Below are positions 1-10,220 of a stretch of DNA of 64,000 nt, in pieces. The first letter of the stretch is position 1. Each line of letters starts with the position of its first letter. Both the position numbers and the translations under genes were made by a program. The notes under the pieces are model-generated. The model was not told the origin of the DNA and ran no database searches. It was given only the letters and a program-made list of their open reading frames with translations. Source of the DNA: Opitutales bacterium (lineage in GTDB: Bacteria > Verrucomicrobiota > Verrucomicrobiia > Opitutales > UBA2987); the NCBI GenBank assembly GCA_965226885.1, contig CBDDEL010000012.1:320001-384000 (forward strand). Reading direction: 5' to 3'.

Positions 1-1502
1 GCCTTCGACTGGATTGCCACATTGGGCACGGAGTAAGCGCCGGTGGCGTGGCCGAGTCCGCGCTGGGCCACTTTCATGCCGACCGAGGCGTAAGCGCCGG
101 TATCGCATAAAATATCCGACTTGAGCGCTGTTAACATGCCGTCGGCATCGCAGCCCACCTCGTAATCCATAATAAACGGGTGTCGCTTGGGGTGCATGAT
201 GAGGGATTCTGTGCGGCTCAGCGTGAGCTTTACCGGGACCTTCAACAAATACGCGAAAAGCGCCACGTGCCCCTGGATGATGAGGTCCTCCTTGCCGCCG
301 AAACCGCCCCCGCATTGCACTTGGACGACGTCGACGTCCGCCTGCTCGAGTCCAAGAATTTTGGCGATCTGCACCCGGTCGTCAAAGATGCCCTGTCCTT
401 GCGAATAGACCCTCACGCCGGTGTGGCCATTGCTCCCGAAAGGCTCCGCCAGGCAGGCTTCCGGCTCCATGAAGGCGTGCTCGACCCGCTGGGTTGTGTA
501 ACGGCCTTTGGTTGTAAAGGCCGATTCGGAAATGGCTTGGGCAAAATCACCGCGATCGATTCTGCCCTCGAAAAGGAGATTGCCGGAGGCATGCACCTTG
601 GGCGCTTCAGGTTCGAGAGCCAGATTTACGTCGGTAACTGGTTCGAACACTTCATATTCCACCTTGATCAGTTCAACGGCGGCGCGGGCGATCTTTTCCG
701 TGTCGGCGACCACGGCGGCCAGGACATCGCCGATATAACGAGTATTTTCACCGACTTTAATCATGATTGGCCAATCCTGAACGATGAGGCCGATGACACG
801 CTCGCCAGGAATGTCCTCGGCTGTGAAAACCCTGGCCACTCCATCCAATTTTTCCGCTTCGGAAACGTCCATGGAGATGACTTTGGCCCGTGGATGATCG
901 CTCAGTTTGAAAACGCCGTAAAGCATTCCCGCCCGTGACATGTCATCGACATAGGGCCGCATTCCGAGCGTGGCCGTATCGCACTCATATTTGCGCAAGT
1001 TACAGCCCACCTTGCCGGTCGTGTCGGCGCGCGGAACCGTGTCATTCTCGCGAATGGCCCTGCCTGCTTCGAGAACGGAATCGACGATTTTTACGTAACC
1101 GGTGCAGCGGCAGAGATTTTTGTTTAAAGCCTTGATAACTTCCTGGCGCGCCGGGTCGGGATTTTTATCGAGCAGGCCCTTGGCTTGCATGACAAAGCCG
1201 GGGATGCAAAAACCACATTGGATGCCGCCCTTTTCCACGAAGGCGTCGGCGAAGGCTTCCTGCAACCTCAAATCAAGGCCTTCGATTGAGGTCACTTCCT
1301 TCCCTTCGACTTTTTTCATTTTGACCACGCAGGCGAGGGCTCCCTTGCCGTTCACCTGCACGGAGCAGCAGCCGCAGGCGGCCTCGTCATTACAGCCCTT
1401 TTTGGGGGAAGTGATTCCAGCCTGTTCCCGCAAGTATTCGAGCAGGGAGATTTCGGGATCCCCTCCGTATTCTATTTTATTTTTATTTAAAGTAAATTCC
1501 AT
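1..1502 (-). CDS. Molybdopterin hydroxylase of the selenium-dependent xanthine dehydrogenase type (2Fe-2S domain fused to Mo-binding domain); partial, runs off the left edge
   Basis: Not in the ORF track because there is no stop in the window. Manual translation from ATG 1502 (GGAG RBS upstream): MEFTLNKNKIEYGGDPEISLLEYLREQAGITSPKKGCNDEAACGCCSV...QCGFCIPG...NLCRCTGY (2Fe-2S motifs), then EHAFMEPE, GGGFGGKED, HPKRHP and DTGAYAS (xanthine oxidase family Mo-domain motifs). Confidence 0.88.
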   Translation of the reverse strand, partial: MEFTLNKNKIEYGGDPEISLLEYLREQAGITSPKKGCNDEAACGCCSVQVNGKGALACVVKMKKVEGKEVTSIEGLDLRLQEAFADAFVEKGGIQCGFCIPGFVMQAKGLLDKNPDPARQEVIKALNKNLCRCTGYVKIVDSVLEAGRAIRENDTVPRADTTGKVGCNLRKYECDTATLGMRPYVDDMSRAGMLYGVFKLSDHPRAKVISMDVSEAEKLDGVARVFTAEDIPGERVIGLIVQDWPIMIKVGENTRYIGDVLAAVVADTEKIARAAVELIKVEYEVFEPVTDVNLALEPEAPKVHASGNLLFEGRIDRGDFAQAISESAFTTKGRYTTQRVEHAFMEPEACLAEPFGSNGHTGVRVYSQGQGIFDDRVQIAKILGLEQADVDVVQVQCGGGFGGKEDLIIQGHVALFAYLLKVPVKLTLSRTESLIMHPKRHPFIMDYEVGCDADGMLTALKSDILCDTGAYASVGMKVAQRGLGHATGAYSVPNVAIQSK

Positions 1503-1581
1503 GCCAGCAGTCTCCTAAATTCCAATTCTCGGATAATTATATTATAGTTTAAAAGATTAAATGCGCAATAGGCGCCTTCAT

Positions 1582-3558
1582 TCATGAAGTTTCCAATAAA
1601 AATTGGTTTGTGTAGGCGGCTGGGGCGGAGGCCAATCCTTGCATTAATATTTTCATGACATAATACGAGTTCATATCGACGGTGGTACCGTCTTCCAGGC
1701 CTTCCCCGGCCTCGCCTGCGACCAGCCCCCCTTCGGAATCGAGAACGAATCTTCCCCCCGGCCCCTGGTAGGTGTAGCGGTCATCCATTTCGGAATACTC
1801 GAGCGAGTGCTCGACGCCCTGGATTCTTCCCCGCATGACATGGGCCGAATCGAAATAAAACCCATCCCATTTTGAATCGGTCTCGTAGGATTCACGATTG
1901 AAAAAGAAATTCGGCTTTTCGATATAGGGACCGCCTTGCTCAGGGCAGAAGGTGTCGCAATTGCCGCATTCGTTGCAAAAGTCGGCCAGGATGGCGATCT
2001 GCCCCTTCTTTTTCAGTTGAATTTCGCCCCCCGAAACCGGCGCAAAACCGCCGTCGCGGTAAATGAAATCCGTTTGCGCAATATTCTGCTTGCCGATTGG
2101 GATATTGAAAGTGGCCGCGTTGGGGCAAACCGGCAGGCAGATATTGCAGGTCAGACAATCCCATAATTCCAGATGCGAATCAATAGCCCGGGGCATGGCC
2201 GAATTCTGGCTGTTGTGGTAGCGGGGGTTCTCGACCAGAGCCGGAACCAGGGACTGGGCGTTTATATGACCGGCTTCCTCCAGGCTGAGGCTGTCGTCCC
2301 CGGCCCTGGCCCGCAGGAACTCGCCCATATTCGAGGCGCCCGCCTCATCCATGGCTTTGCCCAGATTTTTTAAATACGCAGGCATGCGGGCATAACCACC
2401 CTTTTGCAGCAGGTCCGTGCAAGTGGTGATAGGCCTCAAGTAACAGGCCGCCGCTTCGACGAAATTTTCCTTGTCGATGCCAGCCGAAAAAGAGATGTGA
2501 AAATGGCTCCCCAAAGAAGAACGCATATTATGCATTCCATTCATGGCAATAACATGCAGGGGGCGGCCAGAAAGATACATGACCTTGTCCGGAACCCCCG
2601 GCTCGATATTGGTCATGACGGATTCTCCGTGGTTGACGATCAGTGTATTGGTGTATTTTGCGCCAACCTTTTTATCATGTTCAGCGCCAAATTCCTCCAA
2701 CCTCTTCAACAAAGGCACGGCGTCCTCGAAGGAGAGGTCGCCCTCGAAGGCATGCCGGTCCAGTTTCAAGTGCGAATAGCCGAGGTCCTCGAGCAAGGTT
2801 TTATTTACCCAGTCATAACCGAGTTGGGTGGGATTGCATTTGACGATGACATGCAGACCGTGTTCCTTGATGAGGAATTTGACGATGCCTTCGACCTCTT
2901 CCTTGGGGCAACCGTGAAAGGTGGAGAGAGTGGCTGAATTGGATATATGTGGATCGACCTCGAAATCGCGGTAGCGGGAAAACGGTTCCGGTAATTCATG
3001 CAGCATTTGCCGGATAGCCTCCTCGGCGTTCATCAGCTTTTTAACCCACTCCACCATAATCGGTGAAGAGACGCCTTTGAGATCGTAGCCGATGGAAATA
3101 TCGAAAACGAAATCGTAAAAGGGATCGCCCTTGGGAACTCCCAGCAACTCCATGTCCTCAATTATTTTGAGGAGCACCCAGGCTTTGACGTATTCATCGT
3201 AGGAGGCTTGCAAATTCAACTCCTGCGACCATTCGATGTTGAAACCGATATTGGGCGCTTCGATGCAGGGTCGGCCGATATCCAGTTGGTCGAGGATTTG
3301 CACCGTCTTGAGCTCAAAAATCCTGCCCCCGCCCAAAAAAGCCAGAATAATGTTTTGTGTCAGTTGGGTGTGCGGACCGGAGGCGGGCCCCAATTGGGTA
3401 TAAGCGCGCCTGTCATGAAAATCGACCGAAAAATCGTGTTCCGGGTCGCCCGTAAAGATGTCCCGCTGGCGATAGCCGTAAATGGTTTTACACATCTCCA
3501 GTTCCGAGACTATGGCCTGGAGATGTTGTCCCAGGCTGACACCGCGCAATTCTGCCAT
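1582..3558 (-). CDS. YgfK-like Fe-S oxidoreductase (N-terminal YgfK domain plus C-terminal 2x[4Fe-4S]), lacking the central FAD/NAD(P) domain
   Basis: GPASGPHTQLTQNI, GGRIFELKTVQ, NIEWSQEL, TLSTFHGCP, VKCNPT and MYLSG match the YgfK N-terminus. CLTCNICLPVCP and CNECGNCDTFCP are ferredoxin motifs. Start moved to ATG 3558 (GAGGA RBS). Confidence 0.8.
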   Translation of the reverse strand: MAELRGVSLGQHLQAIVSELEMCKTIYGYRQRDIFTGDPEHDFSVDFHDRRAYTQLGPASGPHTQLTQNIILAFLGGGRIFELKTVQILDQLDIGRPCIEAPNIGFNIEWSQELNLQASYDEYVKAWVLLKIIEDMELLGVPKGDPFYDFVFDISIGYDLKGVSSPIMVEWVKKLMNAEEAIRQMLHELPEPFSRYRDFEVDPHISNSATLSTFHGCPKEEVEGIVKFLIKEHGLHVIVKCNPTQLGYDWVNKTLLEDLGYSHLKLDRHAFEGDLSFEDAVPLLKRLEEFGAEHDKKVGAKYTNTLIVNHGESVMTNIEPGVPDKVMYLSGRPLHVIAMNGMHNMRSSLGSHFHISFSAGIDKENFVEAAACYLRPITTCTDLLQKGGYARMPAYLKNLGKAMDEAGASNMGEFLRARAGDDSLSLEEAGHINAQSLVPALVENPRYHNSQNSAMPRAIDSHLELWDCLTCNICLPVCPNAATFNIPIGKQNIAQTDFIYRDGGFAPVSGGEIQLKKKGQIAILADFCNECGNCDTFCPEQGGPYIEKPNFFFNRESYETDSKWDGFYFDSAHVMRGRIQGVEHSLEYSEMDDRYTYQGPGGRFVLDSEGGLVAGEAGEGLEDGTTVDMNSYYVMKILMQGLASAPAAYTNQFLLETS

Positions 3559-3845
3559 AAAAAATCCTCGTTCTTTTGCGGAGGGAAGAGCCAACCGAGG
3601 AATCCCGGTCACGAGACCGGCCCACACATCAGCCTTGACTCAGTGAAAAGCAGCCAGCGGGTAATTTCCCTAAATTAAAAACTTTTCACTCCTATACTGG
3701 CTTTGCGACCGAAATCCCGGAGAGACTTTCGATCAGCCCTCAACCTCCAAATGTTAAATCATTTGTTGGTTACTGGGTAAAAGAATATCGCCAGGCGGTT
3801 CCCCTTGTAAAGAGAATTTTAATCTTCCGGCCACCCGGCCAGGGA

Positions 3846-5042
3846 TCAGTTCCAGAATGTCTTCAGCCGGGCCAGGCCCTCCTTGATATTTTCCACCGAA
3901 ATGCCGGAAAAGGCGAAGCGGATAAATTTACGGTCTTCACCCGGCAGAGGGCTGCCGAAATGCTCGCGGGTGCAAAAGGAGACCCCGGTTTCACGCAAGG
4001 TGCGGCTGCGAAAATCTTCCATCGAAGTGGACCCCAGCCTTTCGTAAACCCGTGTCACATCAGGAAAAAGGTAAAAGGTGGAATTGGGCACAAACACCTC
4101 GACCCCATTGATGGTTTGCAATTCCTCCACCAGGGCATCGCGCCGCTGCCGCAGGGTATTCATTATTTCATGCGCTCCGGACTGGTCGCCGTGCAAGGCT
4201 TCGATGCCCCCATACTGCAAGGCGTGGTTGGTGCAGGACTCGACGTTGACGTTGAGCTTGCCCATGCTCTCGATAATGGATTCCGGGCCGATGGCGGCCC
4301 CCAGGCGCAGGCCGGTCATGGCGTAGGTTTTGGAATAAGTGTAAAGAATGACGGTGCGATCAATCATCCCCGGCAACGAAACGATGCTCTGACCCTGCCC
4401 GCTGTAGAGGATTTTGAAATAAGCCTCATCGGCAAGGACCCATAGGTCGTGGCGGATGGCGAGGTCGGCCACCCATTGTATCTCCTCAGCAGAAGATTCA
4501 GCCCCAATGGGATTTTGGTAATTGTTGTAAATAATGGCCCGCACGCCGTCGCCGATCTGCGACTCGACCCCATCCCGGTCAATTTCGAAACCATCGCCGG
4601 TGGGAATGAATCCGTAGGGCAGGGGCTTGCCCCCCAGGTAATTGATTTGCGATTCGTAGATGGGAAACCCCGGATTGGGATAAAGAACGCCGTCGCCAGG
4701 ATTCATGACGATTTCCAGAAATTTACTGATGACCGGCTTGCCTCCCGGCTGAACGGCCACATTGAGCGGCCCGTAGGAGACATTGCGCTCCTGCCCGACA
4801 TTTTCGGCCAGGGCTTCGCGCAAGGGCATGATTCCGGCCGAAGGGTTGTAGCCCGTTTTACCATCCAGCATCGCCCGGTGGGTGGCCTCGATGACATTAA
4901 GCGGCGTCCGAAAATCCAGATCCCCCAGATGAAAAGGATAGACCACATTGCCCTCGGCGGCAAATGCTGCCGCATCGGCCGATACGGCAAATGCGGTTTC
5001 CGTTCCCAGTTTTTGAAGTCTGTGTGCTGTTGATTTACTCAT
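3846..5042 (-). CDS. PLP-dependent aminotransferase class I/II (aspartate aminotransferase family)
   Basis: YNNYQNPIG, DEAY and YSKTYAMTGLRLG (PLP lysine motif); start taken at MSKSTAH. Confidence 0.88.
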   Translation of the reverse strand: MSKSTAHRLQKLGTETAFAVSADAAAFAAEGNVVYPFHLGDLDFRTPLNVIEATHRAMLDGKTGYNPSAGIMPLREALAENVGQERNVSYGPLNVAVQPGGKPVISKFLEIVMNPGDGVLYPNPGFPIYESQINYLGGKPLPYGFIPTGDGFEIDRDGVESQIGDGVRAIIYNNYQNPIGAESSAEEIQWVADLAIRHDLWVLADEAYFKILYSGQGQSIVSLPGMIDRTVILYTYSKTYAMTGLRLGAAIGPESIIESMGKLNVNVESCTNHALQYGGIEALHGDQSGAHEIMNTLRQRRDALVEELQTINGVEVFVPNSTFYLFPDVTRVYERLGSTSMEDFRSRTLRETGVSFCTREHFGSPLPGEDRKFIRFAFSGISVENIKEGLARLKTFWN

Positions 5043-5223
5043 AAATTCCGACTCTGTTTTTTGAAGTGAAAAGTACTCTTCTGCTACCACGACAAATGGA
5101 TGGTTCAAGCATTGTCTCGACCGTGCGCATTTTCCGGGACCCGCATAGGCGTATAAACCGCTATCGGAACCATATGATTTTTTGTATTGTCAGGCGGCTT
5201 CACAGGCCCAATCTGCACTTTTA

Positions 5224-6495
5224 ATGCAACAAAATTATTCGAGCCCGGGCAATCCAAAGCGCCTCTTTATTTTTCTTTTGCTTCTGATGGCGTTATTCGT
5301 ACCGCCAGGGACGCTCCTGGCCGGAAAAACGGAGAAACCCACGGTATTGCTCATATCCCTGGATGCCTTTCGCTATGATTATTTCGACAAGGCGGACACA
5401 CCCAACCTCGATCGCCTGCGCCAAGAGGGGCTTCAAGCTGAAAGCCTCATCCCCGTTTTCCCTTCCAATACCTTTCCCAACCACTACTCCATCGTAACCG
5501 GGCTCTACCCCGCGCACAGCGGCATTATCGACAACGAAATGTACGATCCGGTTTATGACGCCTATTTCGATCTCGGCAAAAGGGATGAATTGGCCAGCAG
5601 CCGCTGGTGGCACGGAGAGCCAGTGTGGGTAACGGCCGTCAAGCAAGGGCTAAAAGCCAACACCTTGTTTTGGCCGGGAACCGAAGCTGAAATCAATGGC
5701 TACCGGCCGACTCAGTGGCTCCCTTATCAACACAATATGCCCTACCAGAAAAGAGTGAATATTATTTTGGACTGGATGGACCTGCCCGAAGAAGAAAGGC
5801 CGAATTTTATCTCTCTTTACCTGCCGGAAGTAAACGAAGTGGCCCATTATGCCGGCGCCGATGCCCCCGAAACCTACCAAGCTGTTGAATTGGTGGATCG
5901 TACGGTTGGGAAAATCATGAAAGGACTGGAGGAGCGTGGTCTTTTAGACTCTACCCATATTATCATCGTATCCGATCATGGGATGGTCGATGTCAGTCCG
6001 GAAAGGCAAATAAACCTGGACGATTATATCGACACCACGGAAGCGGACTGGATTCGCTACGGGGCCCAGTTGGGCATATGGGCGTCTCCCAAGAAAATTC
6101 CGAAAATTCTTCGCAAATTGAAAAAAGCCCACCCGCATCTAAAAGTTTTTGCCAGGGATGATATACCGGAGCGCTTTAAATTGAGCGGGCATATCCGCAT
6201 TGCCCCGATTGTTGGAATTCCCGACCTTGGCTGGGAAGTGGTCACCACGAAGGCCCTCAGCATACCCATGAATCACCCCTTGAAGGGCGATCACGGTTTT
6301 GATAACGAGGAACCATTGATGCACGGAATTTTTATTGCCTACGGGCCCAATATTCCACGGGGAGAAAGGGTGGAACCTTTTATCAATGTTGAAATTTACG
6401 AATTGCTTTGCCAAATTCTCGGCTTGCAAGCAGCTCCCAACGACGGCTCAGGCTGGCTCGTAGAGCAGGTGGGGAACCTCAAGAGGGTAGAGTGA
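5224..6495 (+). CDS. Exported nucleotide pyrophosphatase/phosphodiesterase (alkaline phosphatase superfamily, NPP type)
   Basis: Signal-like hydrophobic stretch, then LISLDAFRYDY, FPSNTFPNHYSIVTG, VSDHGM and GDHGFD. Confidence 0.88.
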   Translation: MQQNYSSPGNPKRLFIFLLLLMALFVPPGTLLAGKTEKPTVLLISLDAFRYDYFDKADTPNLDRLRQEGLQAESLIPVFPSNTFPNHYSIVTGLYPAHSGIIDNEMYDPVYDAYFDLGKRDELASSRWWHGEPVWVTAVKQGLKANTLFWPGTEAEINGYRPTQWLPYQHNMPYQKRVNIILDWMDLPEEERPNFISLYLPEVNEVAHYAGADAPETYQAVELVDRTVGKIMKGLEERGLLDSTHIIIVSDHGMVDVSPERQINLDDYIDTTEADWIRYGAQLGIWASPKKIPKILRKLKKAHPHLKVFARDDIPERFKLSGHIRIAPIVGIPDLGWEVVTTKALSIPMNHPLKGDHGFDNEEPLMHGIFIAYGPNIPRGERVEPFINVEIYELLCQILGLQAAPNDGSGWLVEQVGNLKRVE

Positions 6496-6547
6496 CCTGC
6501 ATCCAACTCCATTTTTTTTATCATAAAAGAAATATCAGGACAGCATT

Positions 6548-8014
6548 ATGAAAATAGACCTCCAAGTTGACGCTCAAAAACAGGCCAACGCGGTCAAACG
6601 CGCGCGCGAACAAAATATTATCATTCCCACCTTCGCGCAGCAAAAAGATCCCTCCCAAGTTCCCGATGATATCAAGAACCGGCTGAAAGAGGTGGGCTTG
6701 TGGGAGGTCAACCCAGTAAACTTGTTTCGGGCCACATGGAAGAACGAACCCACCGCTCAAGGGGGCGGTTTTGGGGGAGTCAACTATATGGAAATCCCCT
6801 CCGAAATTTCCGGAGTTAAGGCGCGCATCTTCGCCCTGGTGGGTAAATGGTTTCCCACTGGCGCCCACAAAGTCGGGGCGGCCTTCGGGTGCCTCGTGCC
6901 TCGTCTGGTCACGGGCCAGTTCGATCCCACCAGCCAGAAGGCGGTCTGGCCCTCGACTGGCAACTACTGCCGCGGCGGCGCATACACCTCCGCATTGCTG
7001 GATTGCGATGCCATTGCCATACTGCCGGAGGGAATGAGCCGCGAGCGTTTCGAGTGGCTGAGCAAAATCGCCGGAGAAGTCATCGCCACTCCGGGCTGCG
7101 AATCCAACGTCAAGGAAATCTATGACAAATGCTGGGAACTGCGCCGGACTCGCGACGATATCGTCATTTTCAACCAGTTTGAGGAGTTCGGAAACTACCT
7201 CTGGCATTACACCGCGACCGGAAGCGCGATTGAGGAAGTGCTGGGGCAGCATATGTCGGCTGGCGATCAATTCGCGTGCTGGATAAGTTCCACCGGCTCG
7301 GCCGGCACGATAGCGGCTGGCGATTATCTCAAGGAGCGTTTCCCACGCAGTAAAATTGCCGCCGTGGAAGCTCTCCAGTGCCCCACCCTGCTCCTCAATG
7401 GCTATGGCGGGCATCGCATTGAGGGCATCGGGGACAAGCATGTTCCCTGGATTCACAACGTGCGCAATACTGACTTTGTCATCGCCGTAGATGATGAGCA
7501 CTGCATGAATTCCCTGCGCCTCTTTAACGAACCAGCCGGCCAGGACTACCTGAAAAGCGTCGGAGTTTCCGATGACCTCATCGCAAAGCTGCCTCAGGTA
7601 GGGATTTCCGGGCTGAGCAATCTTATCGCAGCTATCAAACTGGCCAAATACCACGAATTAACGGAAAAGGATTTCCTCTTTACCGTCTTCACTGACTCAA
7701 TGGAACTTTATGGCAGCAGGATCGGAGAGCTGCGCGAAGAATTGGGCGATTACAACCGGGAAACCGCCATGAAAGACCACCATCGGCACCTCCTCGGAGT
7801 GTCCACCGATTATATGCAGGAGCTTACCTACCAGGACCGCAAGCGAGTGCATAACCTCAAATATTTCACCTGGATTGAGCAGCAGGGCCGAGAACTGGAT
7901 GAATTGAACGCCCAGTGGTACGATGAGAGTTACTGGACGGAGCTGCGACAGGAAGTCCATGAAATCGATGACCGCATCCGCGACTTCAACGCCAAAGTGG
8001 CTGCGGTTAATTAG
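6548..8014 (+). CDS. PLP-dependent fold-type II enzyme (cysteine synthase/ammonia-lyase beta-subunit family)
   Basis: FPTGAHKVG (Schiff-base Lys), PSTGNYCRGG, STGSAGT and HRIEGIGDKH. Confidence 0.82.
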   Translation: MKIDLQVDAQKQANAVKRAREQNIIIPTFAQQKDPSQVPDDIKNRLKEVGLWEVNPVNLFRATWKNEPTAQGGGFGGVNYMEIPSEISGVKARIFALVGKWFPTGAHKVGAAFGCLVPRLVTGQFDPTSQKAVWPSTGNYCRGGAYTSALLDCDAIAILPEGMSRERFEWLSKIAGEVIATPGCESNVKEIYDKCWELRRTRDDIVIFNQFEEFGNYLWHYTATGSAIEEVLGQHMSAGDQFACWISSTGSAGTIAAGDYLKERFPRSKIAAVEALQCPTLLLNGYGGHRIEGIGDKHVPWIHNVRNTDFVIAVDDEHCMNSLRLFNEPAGQDYLKSVGVSDDLIAKLPQVGISGLSNLIAAIKLAKYHELTEKDFLFTVFTDSMELYGSRIGELREELGDYNRETAMKDHHRHLLGVSTDYMQELTYQDRKRVHNLKYFTWIEQQGRELDELNAQWYDESYWTELRQEVHEIDDRIRDFNAKVAAVN

Positions 8015-8053
8015 ACGTTTTTTTCCTTAAATTTGACCGATATAATTGGCGAA

Positions 8054-9079
8054 ATGAATGATCGTCAGAGATTTCTGGCCGCCTGCCGATGTCAACCGGT
8101 GGACCGGCCGCCGGTATGGATCATGCGGCAGGCGGGGCGTTACCTGCCTGAGTACCGTAGGCTAAAAAAGAAACATTCGTTTCTCGAACTGGCCCAGACG
8201 CCGGAGCTGGCTGCTCGCGTAACGTTGCAGCCGATGCAAAGATACGAATTCGACGCGGCCATCACCTTCAGTGATATACTGGTAATTCCGGAAGCCCTCG
8301 GCCAGCCCTACCGGTTTAAGGAAACCGGCGGCATCAAGATGGAATACCGCATCGAGAACCGGTCACAAATCGACCAGCTCGACCCCGCCGGGATTCGGGA
8401 AAAACTGGGATATGTTGCGGAAGCCCAAAAAATAGTCCGCCGGGAACTGGGAGACGGCAAGGCTCTCCTCGGTTTCGGCGGCTCACCCTGGACACTGGCC
8501 ACTTACATGGTCGAAGGCGGCCATTCCGACAATTTCCTGCAAATCAAGAATCTGTTTTTCAACCACCGAAACGATTTCGAAGCGTTGATGGAAAAAATAA
8601 CCGCCGCCCTGGTCGATTATTTTAAAATGCAAATTGATGCGGGCATCGATGCGCTGCAAATTTTCGATTCCTGGGGTGCGGCCTGCGCGGGATCCCTTTA
8701 CGAGGAAATGTCGCTCTGCTGGGCGCAGCGCATCATCGAATCGCTCGACAACCGGGTGCCGGTCATCCTCTATGCCAAAGGCATGGCTGCCAACGCGGCA
8801 GCATTGGCCTCAACCGGGGCCAGTGTTTTGAGTGTGGACTGGACGGTCGATCTGGCGAATTTCGCCACACAGGTTGGTCCAAAAATCGCTGTGCAGGGAA
8901 ACCTCGATCCCGTCGTTTTGAATACGGAGCCGGAAATTGTCCGAAATGAAACGCAGCGAATTCTCGACTCCATGAAAGGCCGGCCGGGGCACATCTTCAA
9001 TTTGGGCCACGGCATTCTCCCCGATGCCAAACTGGAAAATGTTGAAACACTCGTGGAAACGGTTCATAATTATTCATGA
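8054..9079 (+). CDS. hemE: Uroporphyrinogen decarboxylase
   Basis: PVWIMRQAGRYLPEY, FSDILV, QIFDSW, VQGNLDP and IFNLGHGI. Confidence 0.96.
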   Translation: MNDRQRFLAACRCQPVDRPPVWIMRQAGRYLPEYRRLKKKHSFLELAQTPELAARVTLQPMQRYEFDAAITFSDILVIPEALGQPYRFKETGGIKMEYRIENRSQIDQLDPAGIREKLGYVAEAQKIVRRELGDGKALLGFGGSPWTLATYMVEGGHSDNFLQIKNLFFNHRNDFEALMEKITAALVDYFKMQIDAGIDALQIFDSWGAACAGSLYEEMSLCWAQRIIESLDNRVPVILYAKGMAANAAALASTGASVLSVDWTVDLANFATQVGPKIAVQGNLDPVVLNTEPEIVRNETQRILDSMKGRPGHIFNLGHGILPDAKLENVETLVETVHNYS

Positions 9080-9185
9080 AAATGCCCCAACTGGAACCGA
9101 AGCCTATTACAAAAATAAGACCAGCCGGACCTCCTGCGGCGTGTAAGGACCATTTAAACGTATGCCGCAGAGCGTTGCCAATGCC

Positions 9186-10220
9186 ATGACGGGGAAAGCG
9201 GTCCTTCTGTTGAATCTCGGATCTCCCGATTCATGTTCGGTGGGAGATGTGCGCCGTTATTTGAGGGAATTTCTGATGGATGAACGCGTCCTGGATACGC
9301 CCTGGCCGATCCGTGCCTTCGTGGTTTATCTGTGCATCCTGCCGTTCAGGCCAAAACAGTCAGCCCATGCCTATGGCAAAATTTGGACCGCGGAAGGCTC
9401 ACCCCTGACAGTCATCAGCCGGAAACAGCAGGCCTTGTTACAGGAAAAGGTCGACCTACCGGTACACCTGGCCATGCGTTACGGTTCTCCCTCCATCCCG
9501 GACATTATCTCGAATATCCGCCGCCAAGGGATCGATGATCTCTTCATCGTCCCCCTTTATCCACACTATGCCATGTCTAGTTACGAAACCGTCGTGGAGC
9601 GGGTTGTTGATGAAATTGAAAAGCAAGGTGTCACCCTAAAAACAACGATCTTCCAGCCATTTTATGACGAAGAGGCCTATATCAAAGCTCTCACACAACA
9701 GACCAAGCCTTTTCTGGAAAAAGATTATGACAAGCTGTTATTCAGTTTTCACGGCATTCCTGAACGGCATCTGCGTAAAAGCGATCCCACCCATTGCCAT
9801 TGCCTGGCCGCGCCGGATTGCTGTAAAGGGACCCATCCGGCCCACGCCACCTGCTACCGGCACCAGTGCTTTCAAACGGTTGAAAAATTTGTATCAATGG
9901 CAAATATTCCCTCTCATAAATATGCCGTTTCCTTTCAATCGCGTCTGGGACGCGATCCCTGGCTCAAGCCCTACACCGATTTCGAGCTGGAGCGATTCGG
10001 GAGGGAGGGCGTCAAGAAAATCCTCGTCATGTGCCCGGCCTTTCTTTCCGATTGCCTGGAGACGCTTGAAGAAATTGCCATGCAGGGGGCGGAGACATTC
10101 AAGCAGGCCGGAGGGGAGTCCTTGCAACTGATTCCCTGCCTCAACGACCACCCCGAATTCATTCGCTTTCTAGAGGGGAAAGTGGCAGCATGGCTCGTTC
10201 GCGAAGAACCGGAAAAATGA
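9186..10220 (+). CDS. hemH: Ferrochelatase
   Basis: [39 protein letters not shown] and [12 protein letters not shown]. Confidence 0.96.
   Translation: MTGKAVLLLNLGSPDSCSVGDVRRYLREFLMDERVLDTPWPIRAFVVYLCILPFRPKQSAHAYGKIWTAEGSPLTVISRKQQALLQEKVDLPVHLAMRYGSPSIPDIISNIRRQGIDDLFIVPLYPHYAMSSYETVVERVVDEIEKQGVTLKTTIFQPFYDEEAYIKALTQQTKPFLEKDYDKLLFSFHGIPERHLRKSDPTHCHCLAAPDCCKGTHPAHATCYRHQCFQTVEKFVSMANIPSHKYAVSFQSRLGRDPWLKPYTDFELERFGREGVKKILVMCPAFLSDCLETLEEIAMQGAETFKQAGGESLQLIPCLNDHPEFIRFLEGKVAAWLVREEPEK

Noticed and set aside
180..938. 252-aa plus-strand ORF
   Set aside because: Antisense shadow of the minus-strand Mo hydroxylase, which carries clear family motifs.
6521..7654. 377-aa minus-strand ORF, and similar long antisense ORFs (18742-19719, 20327-21250, 26155-27021, 29228-30340, 39869-40810)
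   Set aside because: Shadows of well-supported genes on the opposite strand in GC-rich DNA; no motifs of their own.
9076..9189. Short ORF between hemE and hemH
   Set aside because: 37 codons with no recognisable similarity; cannot be supported as a gene or remnant.
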